Source: Deltaproteobacteria bacterium
Lineage (GTDB): Bacteria; Myxococcota_A; Polyangia; JAAYKL01
NCBI GenBank assembly: GCA_016937015.1
Contig: JAFGWT010000062.1
Coordinates: 2,609 to 66,608 of the forward strand
Direction: 5' to 3'
Length of the DNA stretch: 64,000 bases
In this document: positions 37,313-46,055 of the stretch, in pieces
Layout of the letters: each line of letters starts with the position of its first letter
Numbering within the stretch: position 1 is the stretch's first letter
Notes under the pieces: generated by a model
Told to the model about the DNA's origin: nothing
Seen by the model: the letters and a program-made list of their open reading frames with translations, nothing else
Databases searched by the model: none
Made by a program: the position numbers and the translations under genes

Positions 37313-40027
37313 TCACGCGGGCTGTTCAGACGCTAACTGTTCGTCCTCGGATGCTGCCAACTGGGCCGAAGCGACGGCATCGGCCGCATTTACGCTGCTC
37401 TGTTTAGCGTAGCTGTCATATCGCTCGCCAATCTGATCCACATTGACAATCAGTCCAACACGTCCGTCAGACAAAATGGCAGCCCCAGATACGAATCTGG
37501 TATTCTGCAAATTGTCCCCAAGTGTCTTGATAACAACCTGTTGCTGAGTGACGACCGAATCCACAAAAATGCCTATCCGTTGCCCAACCCCCTCAACCAC
37601 CACCACAATCCCTTCCGTTGGGTCGGTGATCGCCCCCTGAATGCTGAAAAGCTGAGACAACCGCAAGAACGGCATAATTTCACCGCGAACATTGATCAGC
37701 TCGCCGGATTCGGCGAAGGTCACGAACATATCCGGTGTCACCTGAATGGATTCGATAATGGACAGCGTGGGAATAATATACTGCTCCTTCCCGCAGGCAA
37801 CGAGCATTCCGTCAATAATGGCCAAAGTGAGCGGCAGTATCATTTTGAAAGTTGTTCCCTGACCAGGGCGACTTGTAATTGTGACCCTGCCTCGAAGTGC
37901 GTCAATTTTCTTTTTCACCACATCCATTCCAACGCCACGTCCAGAAATATCCGTGACTTTTTTGGCGGTGGAAAATCCCGGCTGAAAAATCAGCCCATAA
38001 ATATCTGATTCACTCAACAGACTTTCGTCCTTTATTAACCCGATATTTTTGGCTTTTGCAACAATCGCCTCCTTATCGAGTCCCTTTCCGTCATCAGACA
38101 GTTCAATAACCAATGCGCCGCCCTCGTGATATGCGGACAATCGAATCGTACCCGTTTCATCCTTTTTCTTTTTCAGCCGAACTTCCGGTTCTTCGACCCC
38201 GTGATCAACTGAATTACGAATCATATGAACAAGGGGATCCGAAATCTGCTCGACCATGCTGCGGTCAATTTCAGTCCCTTCCCCGGTCTGAACAAATCTG
38301 ATTTTTTTTGAACTTTTTCGTGACAGATCTCTAACCATTCTTGCCATTTTCTGAAAGACCCCACGAACTGGCACCATTCGCATTCGCATGCCAACGTCCT
38401 GAAGATCACGAGTGATTTTTGCCAGCTGACCTAGGTAGTTACGTACTCTGGGAGCATTTACGGTTGATATTTCGGGGGCATGCACCAGCATCGATTCAAC
38501 AATGACCAGCTCTCCGATCATCTCCACCAGATTGTCCACCCGTTCCAAATCCACCTTTACCGTTTCTCGTATTTTCTGTGTGCCAGATTGAATGGCGCGC
38601 TGTTGACTGCGCAGTGCCTGACTGACCTGCTTGGGCGTTGCAACCTCTGCTTCAATCAGTTCCTGCCCCAGCGGTTTACCTGTTTTCTTTTGATGTTCCA
38701 GTGCCCTTAGAATCGCATGGGGGGCAATAGACATGGGCGGCCGGGTTAAAATTTCACCCAGCCTGTCATCCATTGTGGCGTCGGGGAGGACTTCCTCCGC
38801 AACCGGCGCGCCCGCGAGGACTTTGTCAATCTTTCGCATTAGAATGCCGTGTTCAATTGGGATAAGCAGCGCGTTGCCGTTTTCGAGGCAGAGGCGAATA
38901 TCCTTGATTAAACCACGCATAATCGCAGTTGAGTCGAACACCAAATCCAGCACTGCGCCTTCCAATGAACGTTCACCTGCGCGTACTTTGTTTAGCAGAT
39001 TTTCTGTGCAATGCGCGAGTCTGGAAATGTCGTCCAGTTCCAGAAAGCCAGCCACACCTTTAATTGTATGAAATATTCGAAACAGGCCATTAACGGATTC
39101 CTCCGGAGCCCCTTCGGATTCAACATTAATCAGAATATCATCGGCCCGGGCGATGCCATCTTCGGTCTCCTGTACAAATTCCATAAGCAGTTCAAGCGTT
39201 TCCGCATCATGTGACAACGCCACATGCCGTACCCCGGAAACGTCAACCGAATCCGCACTGTCTGTGTCTCCGTCGCTCTCGTCCTCGGTAACAGAAGACA
39301 TTGGCTCTGCCCCACCCACTTTAATACTCGCCTGAAGCGCACAATCCAGTCTGAAGAGAATCTCAGCAGCGGCCGGGTCCGGCTTCAGCATCTGAGAGTA
39401 CTGTTCCATTGCACCGGAAATCCAATCCTTTACCAGCAGAAGTTCCTCTGTATGTGCGGTGATTTCCTTTTCCGCATCAAGGTAATCTTCCAGACCATGA
39501 CACATCCGCTCAAGGTCATTCAGTCCAAGGACGCCGGCTTCCCCTTTCATCGTGTGAATGGTGCGTTTCATACTGGCAATCAGGTCCGTCTTGCCATTTT
39601 CAATGCCAAGGATACATCCCTCAATCTCTTCAATCACGTGTTTCTGATTGGCCAGAAATTCACGGAACAAAGACTCGTCCACCCACTCGCTTAGCACCAG
39701 TTGCCCGGCATCATCATCAGAATTGAGCTCTCCGGTATTCGCTGCCGGAGGTGCCGACAACACATTCTGCAGGTGAGTGACGGCGTCAGTCAGCCGGTTC
39801 AATCCCCGCTCCGGATTTTTCAAAGATCCATCCAGCATCTTGTCACATGCGGTCTGACATCTTTTTATCGCCTTGCGCACGTCATCGGGGGTCTCCGAAT
39901 TCAGCAGTGCTTCAATTTCATTTAAAATACGGGCAATGGCATTAATGGAGTCGATGTCGCCCGCGTCTGCCATTAAAACGGTTCCTGCCAGCTGTTCTAC
40001 AGTATTTCGCAACGCTTGTGTGCTCAT
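37313..40027 (-). CDS. cheA: Chemotaxis histidine kinase with two Hpt domains
   Basis: IHTMKGEAG and FHTIKGVAG. HMIRNSVDHG, DDGKG, PGFSTA, SGRGVGMDVV. C-terminal CheW-like domain. Confidence 0.95.
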   Translation of the reverse strand: MSTQALRNTVEQLAGTVLMADAGDIDSINAIARILNEIEALLNSETPDDVRKAIKRCQTACDKMLDGSLKNPERGLNRLTDAVTHLQNVLSAPPAANTGELNSDDDAGQLVLSEWVDESLFREFLANQKHVIEEIEGCILGIENGKTDLIASMKRTIHTMKGEAGVLGLNDLERMCHGLEDYLDAEKEITAHTEELLLVKDWISGAMEQYSQMLKPDPAAAEILFRLDCALQASIKVGGAEPMSSVTEDESDGDTDSADSVDVSGVRHVALSHDAETLELLMEFVQETEDGIARADDILINVESEGAPEESVNGLFRIFHTIKGVAGFLELDDISRLAHCTENLLNKVRAGERSLEGAVLDLVFDSTAIMRGLIKDIRLCLENGNALLIPIEHGILMRKIDKVLAGAPVAEEVLPDATMDDRLGEILTRPPMSIAPHAILRALEHQKKTGKPLGQELIEAEVATPKQVSQALRSQQRAIQSGTQKIRETVKVDLERVDNLVEMIGELVIVESMLVHAPEISTVNAPRVRNYLGQLAKITRDLQDVGMRMRMVPVRGVFQKMARMVRDLSRKSSKKIRFVQTGEGTEIDRSMVEQISDPLVHMIRNSVDHGVEEPEVRLKKKKDETGTIRLSAYHEGGALVIELSDDGKGLDKEAIVAKAKNIGLIKDESLLSESDIYGLIFQPGFSTAKKVTDISGRGVGMDVVKKKIDALRGRVTITSRPGQGTTFKMILPLTLAIIDGMLVACGKEQYIIPTLSIIESIQVTPDMFVTFAESGELINVRGEIMPFLRLSQLFSIQGAITDPTEGIVVVVEGVGQRIGIFVDSVVTQQQVVIKTLGDNLQNTRFVSGAAILSDGRVGLIVNVDQIGERYDSYAKQSSVNAADAVASAQLAASEDEQLASEQPA

Positions 40028-40196
40028 GGTTGAATCACTTCCCTCGGCATAATTGTGTAATCCTTGTTGTATCAGCGGCATTCGTCAGGAAAAGTTAATA
40101 TTGGATTGCTATTTTCTTATTAAATAAAAATGACGTCGGACGTAGTCATCACTGAAAACATCTTTGATCCAATATTTTTCGATAGGAGAGCTCAAA

Positions 40197-41573
40197 TTGA
40201 AGGGAACTGTTCTTATTGTTGACGATCAGCAGGAATACGCCAGATTTTTGAACACATTGCTGAAAAAATTCGGATTTCAAACGAGAGTGGAGCACAGTGC
40301 CGCGGATGCCCGGCTGGCAATGAACCAGTTTTGTCCGGATGTGGTACTGATGGACAAAAATCTACCCGACGCGGATGGCATCGAGTTGGTGGCCGAGCTG
40401 AAAAACAGCCATCCCACAACTCAGTTTATTGTCATTACAGGGCACGCGACAATCAAGAGCGCAGTACTCAGCGCCCAACGCGGTGCAATCGATTATCTTT
40501 CCAAACCTTGCGAAATTGAAGAGGTCCTGCTGGCGGTTGATAATGCAATGAACAAGAAGCAGATGAACGAAGAAATTCAATTGCTTCGTTCAGTCGGCAC
40601 ACGGACCAGCATCCCGGCACAGTCGGGAGACACTCAGCCGGCGCGCACTGCAGCGATGAAAAAGGCCATGACCCTTGCGCAGCGGGCAGCGGGCCAAAAA
40701 GGACCAGTATTGCTTGTTGGCGAAAACGGCAGTGGGAAAGAACGGCTGGCGCGATGGATTCATGCCAACTCTGCAAGAACATCCGGCCCATTTTTTTCAA
40801 TCAACCTGGCGGCGTTGAATCAGCAAAAGGCTGAGATTGAACTGTTTGGCCATGAGCCTGGTGCCTATGGAAACGCACAAAGCCGAAAAAAAGGGTTACT
40901 GGAACTGGGAGACACCGGCACCCTGCTTATAAATGAAATTGAAAGCATGGATATGCCGCTTCAGGCGAAGCTGCTCAATTATCTGGAAACAAAATCCATC
41001 ATGAGGCTGGGCGGGGAAAGTCTTGTTCCCATTGACACGCGTATCATTGTTGCCAGTAAAGCACTTCTTGATGAAATGGTGACCACAGGAAATTTTATGG
41101 AGGATTTGTACTACCGCATCAATGTGTTACCTATTCATTTACCCCCATTAAGAACTCGGAAAAGTGAAATAATTTCGCTGGCCAGGGAAATTCTTGAAAA
41201 CCTCTCCACCGATCTTGGACTCGCTTCACGGCCGACATTGACCCGGGAAGCCTCTGAAAAACTCATGCATTATCATTGGCCAGGCAATATTCGAGAGCTC
41301 AGAAACGTACTGGAGCGAACGCTGATGCTGGGCCACGACAAGGTCATTGACGCGTCCGATCTGCCACTCTCATCCGATGCTGAGGGAAGCTGGCACATCA
41401 CTGTCCCATTCCCCCAGAATGAAACCCTGCACGATGTCACACGGGCCGTTACCAGACAACTGATAGAAGAAGCGCTCCATCGCGGAAAAACCAAACAGGA
41501 AGCAGCCCGACTTTTAGGTCTGTCAAGACACGCCCTCGCGCATCAAATGAAGGCGCTTGACATGTTCTCCTGA
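40197..41573 (+). CDS. NtrC-family REC-AAA+-HTH regulator with degenerate GAFTGA
   Basis: REC domain. GENGSGKE, ELFGHEPGAYGNA, LLINEI, WPGNIRELRN, HTH. TTG start follows AGGAG. Confidence 0.85.
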   Translation: MKGTVLIVDDQQEYARFLNTLLKKFGFQTRVEHSAADARLAMNQFCPDVVLMDKNLPDADGIELVAELKNSHPTTQFIVITGHATIKSAVLSAQRGAIDYLSKPCEIEEVLLAVDNAMNKKQMNEEIQLLRSVGTRTSIPAQSGDTQPARTAAMKKAMTLAQRAAGQKGPVLLVGENGSGKERLARWIHANSARTSGPFFSINLAALNQQKAEIELFGHEPGAYGNAQSRKKGLLELGDTGTLLINEIESMDMPLQAKLLNYLETKSIMRLGGESLVPIDTRIIVASKALLDEMVTTGNFMEDLYYRINVLPIHLPPLRTRKSEIISLAREILENLSTDLGLASRPTLTREASEKLMHYHWPGNIRELRNVLERTLMLGHDKVIDASDLPLSSDAEGSWHITVPFPQNETLHDVTRAVTRQLIEEALHRGKTKQEAARLLGLSRHALAHQMKALDMFS

Positions 41574-41647
41574 GTTCAGCATCCACACCTTCAGCGATTT
41601 GGTCAGCATGTGAAGCGATATTCAGGAAATCAAATCAGACAACACGT

Positions 41648-41794
41648 GGTCAATTTTTACCTAAGCGTTAAAATCACGCATATACGGGATACGGCGACCT
41701 GAAGAATTCCGGGTTTGCGCGACTGCCAATTTTTCGCTGCGTGCAAATCACGCACTTTTTTCCACATTTCAACTCACCAGCGTGAAAATCACTC
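41648..41794. promoter_or_regulatory. Array of repeated quasi-palindromic sites (candidate enhancer/UAS)
   Basis: GCGTTAAAATCACGC (41665), GCGTGCAAATCACGC (41739), GCGTGAAAATCACTC (41780). Related boxes GGTCAATTTTTACC and GCCAATTTTTCGC precede the first two. Confidence 0.55.
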
Positions 41795-42028
41795 GTCCAT
41801 GTGCCCTATATGCGCGAGATTCAAACAGGTATTCCTTTACCCGGGTAATGGTCGATTCAAACCTGATTTTTCGATATTGCAACCCGAAATGGGCCGGTAC
41901 TCCTTAGCATCATCCCAGTAATCCAGCGAACTCAACTATCTCAAGAGATTGAAAATATTATACAAATCCAAAAGAAGCGCAATCAGTGGCAAATCCTGGG
42001 AGATAATAAAACGGTTATCGGGCGTGAA

Positions 42029-42045
42029 TAGGCATCAATCCTGCA
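42029..42045 (+). promoter_or_regulatory. Candidate sigma54 (-24/-12) promoter
   Basis: TAGGCATCAATCCTGCA has exact GG-N10-GC spacing, about 55 bp before the ATG at 42100. Confidence 0.5.
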
Positions 42046-42099
42046 AAAGAACCTTGCAGCCTGATTGTTGTAGTCGGGATTATTTTGGAGGAACAACCC

Positions 42100-43092
42100 A
42101 TGACAACCCAGAACGACTTTAGCTCGGAGATAATCGGAAACTCAACTGCACTTCTATCTGTACTAAAAAAAGCCAAACAGGTTGCTCCTACGGACTGCAC
42201 CGTACTGATAACGGGTGAGACCGGCACTGGAAAGGAACTGCTGGCGCGCGGACTTCATATGAGCAGCAACAGGAAGGACAAACCCTTTGTTGCCGTCAAT
42301 TGCGCCGCCCTGTCCAAAGATCTGCTCGAAAGTGAACTATTCGGCCACGTTCAGGGCGCGTTCACCAGCGCCATGCGAAATCGTGAAGGACGCTTTCAAA
42401 TCGCCGATGGCGGGACCATTTTCCTTGATGAAATTGGTGAACTGCCGCTGGATCTTCAGGGAAAACTGCTTAGAGTGCTGCAATTCAAGGAATTTTCGGC
42501 GGTAGGCGAATCAAGAGTCAGACACGTGGACGTTAGAATCATTGCGGCGACAAACGCCAATCTGCTTCACGCTGCAAACGCTGGTCATTTCAGGCAGGAT
42601 CTTTATTATCGTTTAAACGTAATTCAATTGAAACTGCCGTCTCTAAAGGAACGCCCCGGCGACATCAAGGATTTGTGCGACCATTTTATCAACAAAGCGT
42701 CAAGACGATATAACAAACCGCTCGTTGCATTAAGTGATGCCGCTTTAAAGCAAATTACCGCTCACCACTGGCCCGGTAACATTCGGGAGCTCGAAAACGC
42801 AATGGAACATGCTGTTCTAATCGGCATTGAATCAGAGATACAGGTAGAGGATCTGCCCTTCTTCGATGAAACGAATGCAGAGACAATGGTGGATTTCATC
42901 CGGCCGCTTACGGACGAAGGTCTGAACCTTCAAAATACACTGCGAAACATTGAAGCGCATTACATTCAGGCAGCTCTTGATTACACGGACGGAAACAAAA
43001 ACCAGGCCGCGACTCTGTTGGGACTCAATCGCACAACTCTTGTCGAAAAAATCAAACGCGGCTTGCCCGATAATCTGTCAAACGTGGGTTAG
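42100..43092 (+). CDS. Sigma54 enhancer-binding protein lacking N-terminal sensor domain, FleQ/FlrA-like
   Basis: GETGTGKE, ESELFGHVQGAFTSA, FLDEIG, FRQDLYYRL. HTH LGLNRTTLVEK resembles FleQ. Confidence 0.85.
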   Translation: MTTQNDFSSEIIGNSTALLSVLKKAKQVAPTDCTVLITGETGTGKELLARGLHMSSNRKDKPFVAVNCAALSKDLLESELFGHVQGAFTSAMRNREGRFQIADGGTIFLDEIGELPLDLQGKLLRVLQFKEFSAVGESRVRHVDVRIIAATNANLLHAANAGHFRQDLYYRLNVIQLKLPSLKERPGDIKDLCDHFINKASRRYNKPLVALSDAALKQITAHHWPGNIRELENAMEHAVLIGIESEIQVEDLPFFDETNAETMVDFIRPLTDEGLNLQNTLRNIEAHYIQAALDYTDGNKNQAATLLGLNRTTLVEKIKRGLPDNLSNVG

Positions 43093-43152
43093 CCTGGGGA
43101 TTCCTGCAAGACCGCCGCACGGTTCCATCGTCAATATTCACTGCATTTCGCT

Positions 43153-43196
43153 GTCAACAAACTGACGTTGAGTCTTAATTATGTCATGATGTCGAC
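43153..43196. promoter_or_regulatory. Two GTC-N8-GAC boxes (FleQ-box-like)
   Basis: GTCAACAAACTGAC (43153) and GTCATGATGTCGAC (43183), 30 bp apart. Confidence 0.4.
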
Positions 43197-43388
43197 GGCG
43201 CAGGATGGCAGGTTAGAACTACCCAGGTTACAGTACACCCGTTTTCATACCCAAATTTTTTTGAGACGAAATCTTTGCGCCCGCTCACTGAATAACCGTA
43301 CAAATGATTTAAACGCAACCAAACAAATCGGTTGAGCGCACAGAGATTCTGATGTCTCGTGCGTTCATTGCAACTGAAGGAGGTCTGT

Positions 43389-46055
43389 ATGCGTACGCTG
43401 TGCGTCTTTTTACTGACTGGGACGTTAATTTATGTAACGGCATGCAAGAGCAACAATTCAAACAACGATACCGACATCTCATCGGATTCCACAAGTGGAA
43501 GTGACTCGGATAGTTCGATTTCGATTGATTCAGATTCATATTCAGATTCAGATTCAGATTACGATTCTCAGGATAGCGGCAGTTCGGATTCGGATACGGT
43601 GCAATCCGATACGGAAATACTCACCGCGGGCGTTGTCGAACTGCTGCCAATCGATGATTTCGATGATGGCACCATTACCAACGCGGTAAACGGCACATGG
43701 GTGGCCTACGATGACAGCAATGAAGGTGGGGACTCACATGTTTGGCCCGTATCGATATTCGATGGTGGTGTTTTCGAACTCAGTTCTCCTGGATTTGGCG
43801 GTACAGGTTACGCGGCGCGAATGACAGGAACCACAGGAGATGTATTTGGATGGGACTACGTGGGGATGTTTACCAGTCTTCATCCTGATGCATTATGTCC
43901 ACTGGCTCACCCATCGGAAATTGATTTGGCTCAGTTTGACGGCATTCAGTTCATGGCCAAAGGCAGTGCTTCGCCGGGACAGCTTGTGGTCAAATTGCCC
44001 CACAAGCTTGATGGCGCCGAAAACAACTGTACCGAAAATCCATATGCGGCCAATTCACTGACCCGGTATGGTGACTACGAAACCGATTTTTACACAAAGC
44101 TCACTGACGAATGGACCCTCATCAGATTGCCATTTTCGAAGTTCAATCAACCATCATGGGCGCCTTCGGTATTTCTGTCAGATGTCCTGACGCACCTAAA
44201 GGAGTTGGGTTGGGAATACGAAGTCCCCAACGGGGAAGTGGATTTGTGGATTGACAATCTGTCCTTTTATAAGGCGGCGCCAGATCCCAGTGATGTCTAT
44301 CCACGATCTGTTCTCGATGACACCCAGCAGATTCCTTTGGCAGCGTTCGCGAATCCGGAAGGCTCAGCAACATCAACTGACACAACTGTATCTGAGCAGG
44401 AATTTTCGGTGGCGAGACGGGTGCAAATCATCAGTGAACCACAGATGCTCTGGGATGTAATGTTGTATGGGCAAAACAGTACGCCAATCAGTCGAGAGGA
44501 CTTACTGTATCTTGAATTCAGTGCACGCTGTATTACCCCGCCGGAAGGTAGCGACACCTGCCACACCACCTTCCTGTTTCAGGAGAACAAAAGTCCCTAT
44601 ACCCATTCTGCGGTGGTTCCGGTTTCGATTGGCAGTGAGTGGCAAAAAGTCACCTGGCCATTTCTATCCAAACAATCGTACGACGTGAATGAAACAGATA
44701 TTGGATTCTTTCTCGGATATACGCCTCAAACCGTTGAATTTGGTGGCATAAAACTCACTAACCTTGGGCACACTGCAAAAATTGACGATTTTCCCAAAAC
44801 GGAGATCACATACGATGGGCGTGCACCGGATGCATCATGGCGGACAGAGGCGATGGCCCGGATTGAACAGATTCGAAAAGGCGATATGGTTATTAGCGTT
44901 AAAGACGCCAACGGTGAACCAGTATCCGGCGCAACGATTGACTTGCGGCAAAGCAGACATCAGTTTGGATTTGGCACTGCCATTAATGCATATGATCTGA
45001 AAAATACCCTCACAGGCGAAAATCTGAACCGATATGAATCCAGTATCTCCGAGCTGTTCAACACTGTGGTGTTGGAAAATGCGCTCAAGTGGCCCCAGAT
45101 TGACGGCACCATGGGAGAGCAAATCGGTATCCCGCTGGCACAGTGGGGGATTGACTGGGCAACACAAAGCAGTTTGTCAGTGCGCGGACACGTACTTGTT
45201 TGGCCTGGATGGTCCAATGTACCGTCCCGGCTAAAAAGGGAGTATGAGAGCCAATTGAACGACAACGGTGAGGAAATTGCGCGGGCGTGGCTGCAGACAG
45301 AAATCGAAACACATATTCGTCAAACAGTTGCGCATTTCAAAGGACAGATGGTGCACTGGGATGTGGTAAATGAACCATTCGACAACCATGACCTGACCGA
45401 TATTGTGGGCATGACCGGCATGTCAAAATGGTTTCAGGCCGCAAGGGAAGCAGACCCGGATGCCAAACTGTTTATCAATGAGTACAGCATTCTGGCGCAA
45501 AAAACCACCAACAGTGCCAGTCGGGAAAATCTGTATCGCACGGTCGCCACTCTAATTGACGACGGCGCACCGCTGGACGGCATCGGGTTTCAGGCCCACT
45601 TCGATGAGGACCTTGCTTCACCCGACAGAATTTACGACATTCTGGATCAGTTTGCGGTATTCAATAAGGAGATATGGATTTCCGAGTTTGATTTTCCCAA
45701 AATCGACCCCGCGCTTGCGGCAGATTATACCAGAGATTTTCTAACTGTTATTTTCAGCCATCCTTCGGTTGAAGGCATGATGATGTGGGGGTTCTGGGAT
45801 GGTAATCACTACGGAAATTCCGCGCCAATATACGACGATCAGTGGAATGAAAAGCCGTCTGGGCAGGTTTACAGGGATTTGGTGTTCAATCAATGGCACA
45901 CCTCAGACACCGGATTAACGACAGCAGAGGGCATGTATACCTCCCGTGCGTTTTTTGGTGACTACGAGATTACAGTAACGATTGGGGAAAGCGCAACGTC
46001 TCGCAACATCAGCTTTGCAAAGGAAAGTGCCGGAACAATCGAAATCACGATTTAA
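43389..46055 (+). CDS. GH10 endo-1,4-beta-xylanase-like lipoprotein with N-terminal carbohydrate-binding modules
   Basis: Lipobox VTAC, Ser/Asp linker, CBM-like beta domains. ENALKW, RGHVLVW, WDVVNE (acid/base), GFQAH, IWISEFD (nucleophile), WGFWD. Confidence 0.88.
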   Translation: MRTLCVFLLTGTLIYVTACKSNNSNNDTDISSDSTSGSDSDSSISIDSDSYSDSDSDYDSQDSGSSDSDTVQSDTEILTAGVVELLPIDDFDDGTITNAVNGTWVAYDDSNEGGDSHVWPVSIFDGGVFELSSPGFGGTGYAARMTGTTGDVFGWDYVGMFTSLHPDALCPLAHPSEIDLAQFDGIQFMAKGSASPGQLVVKLPHKLDGAENNCTENPYAANSLTRYGDYETDFYTKLTDEWTLIRLPFSKFNQPSWAPSVFLSDVLTHLKELGWEYEVPNGEVDLWIDNLSFYKAAPDPSDVYPRSVLDDTQQIPLAAFANPEGSATSTDTTVSEQEFSVARRVQIISEPQMLWDVMLYGQNSTPISREDLLYLEFSARCITPPEGSDTCHTTFLFQENKSPYTHSAVVPVSIGSEWQKVTWPFLSKQSYDVNETDIGFFLGYTPQTVEFGGIKLTNLGHTAKIDDFPKTEITYDGRAPDASWRTEAMARIEQIRKGDMVISVKDANGEPVSGATIDLRQSRHQFGFGTAINAYDLKNTLTGENLNRYESSISELFNTVVLENALKWPQIDGTMGEQIGIPLAQWGIDWATQSSLSVRGHVLVWPGWSNVPSRLKREYESQLNDNGEEIARAWLQTEIETHIRQTVAHFKGQMVHWDVVNEPFDNHDLTDIVGMTGMSKWFQAAREADPDAKLFINEYSILAQKTTNSASRENLYRTVATLIDDGAPLDGIGFQAHFDEDLASPDRIYDILDQFAVFNKEIWISEFDFPKIDPALAADYTRDFLTVIFSHPSVEGMMMWGFWDGNHYGNSAPIYDDQWNEKPSGQVYRDLVFNQWHTSDTGLTTAEGMYTSRAFFGDYEITVTIGESATSRNISFAKESAGTIEITI

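Noticed and set aside
40041..40098. Sigma28 promoter for cheA (ACAA-N15-GCCGAGGG or TTAA-N15-GCCGCTGA)
   Set aside because: Two weak alternatives. One would leave almost no leader, so neither is supported enough to list as a feature.
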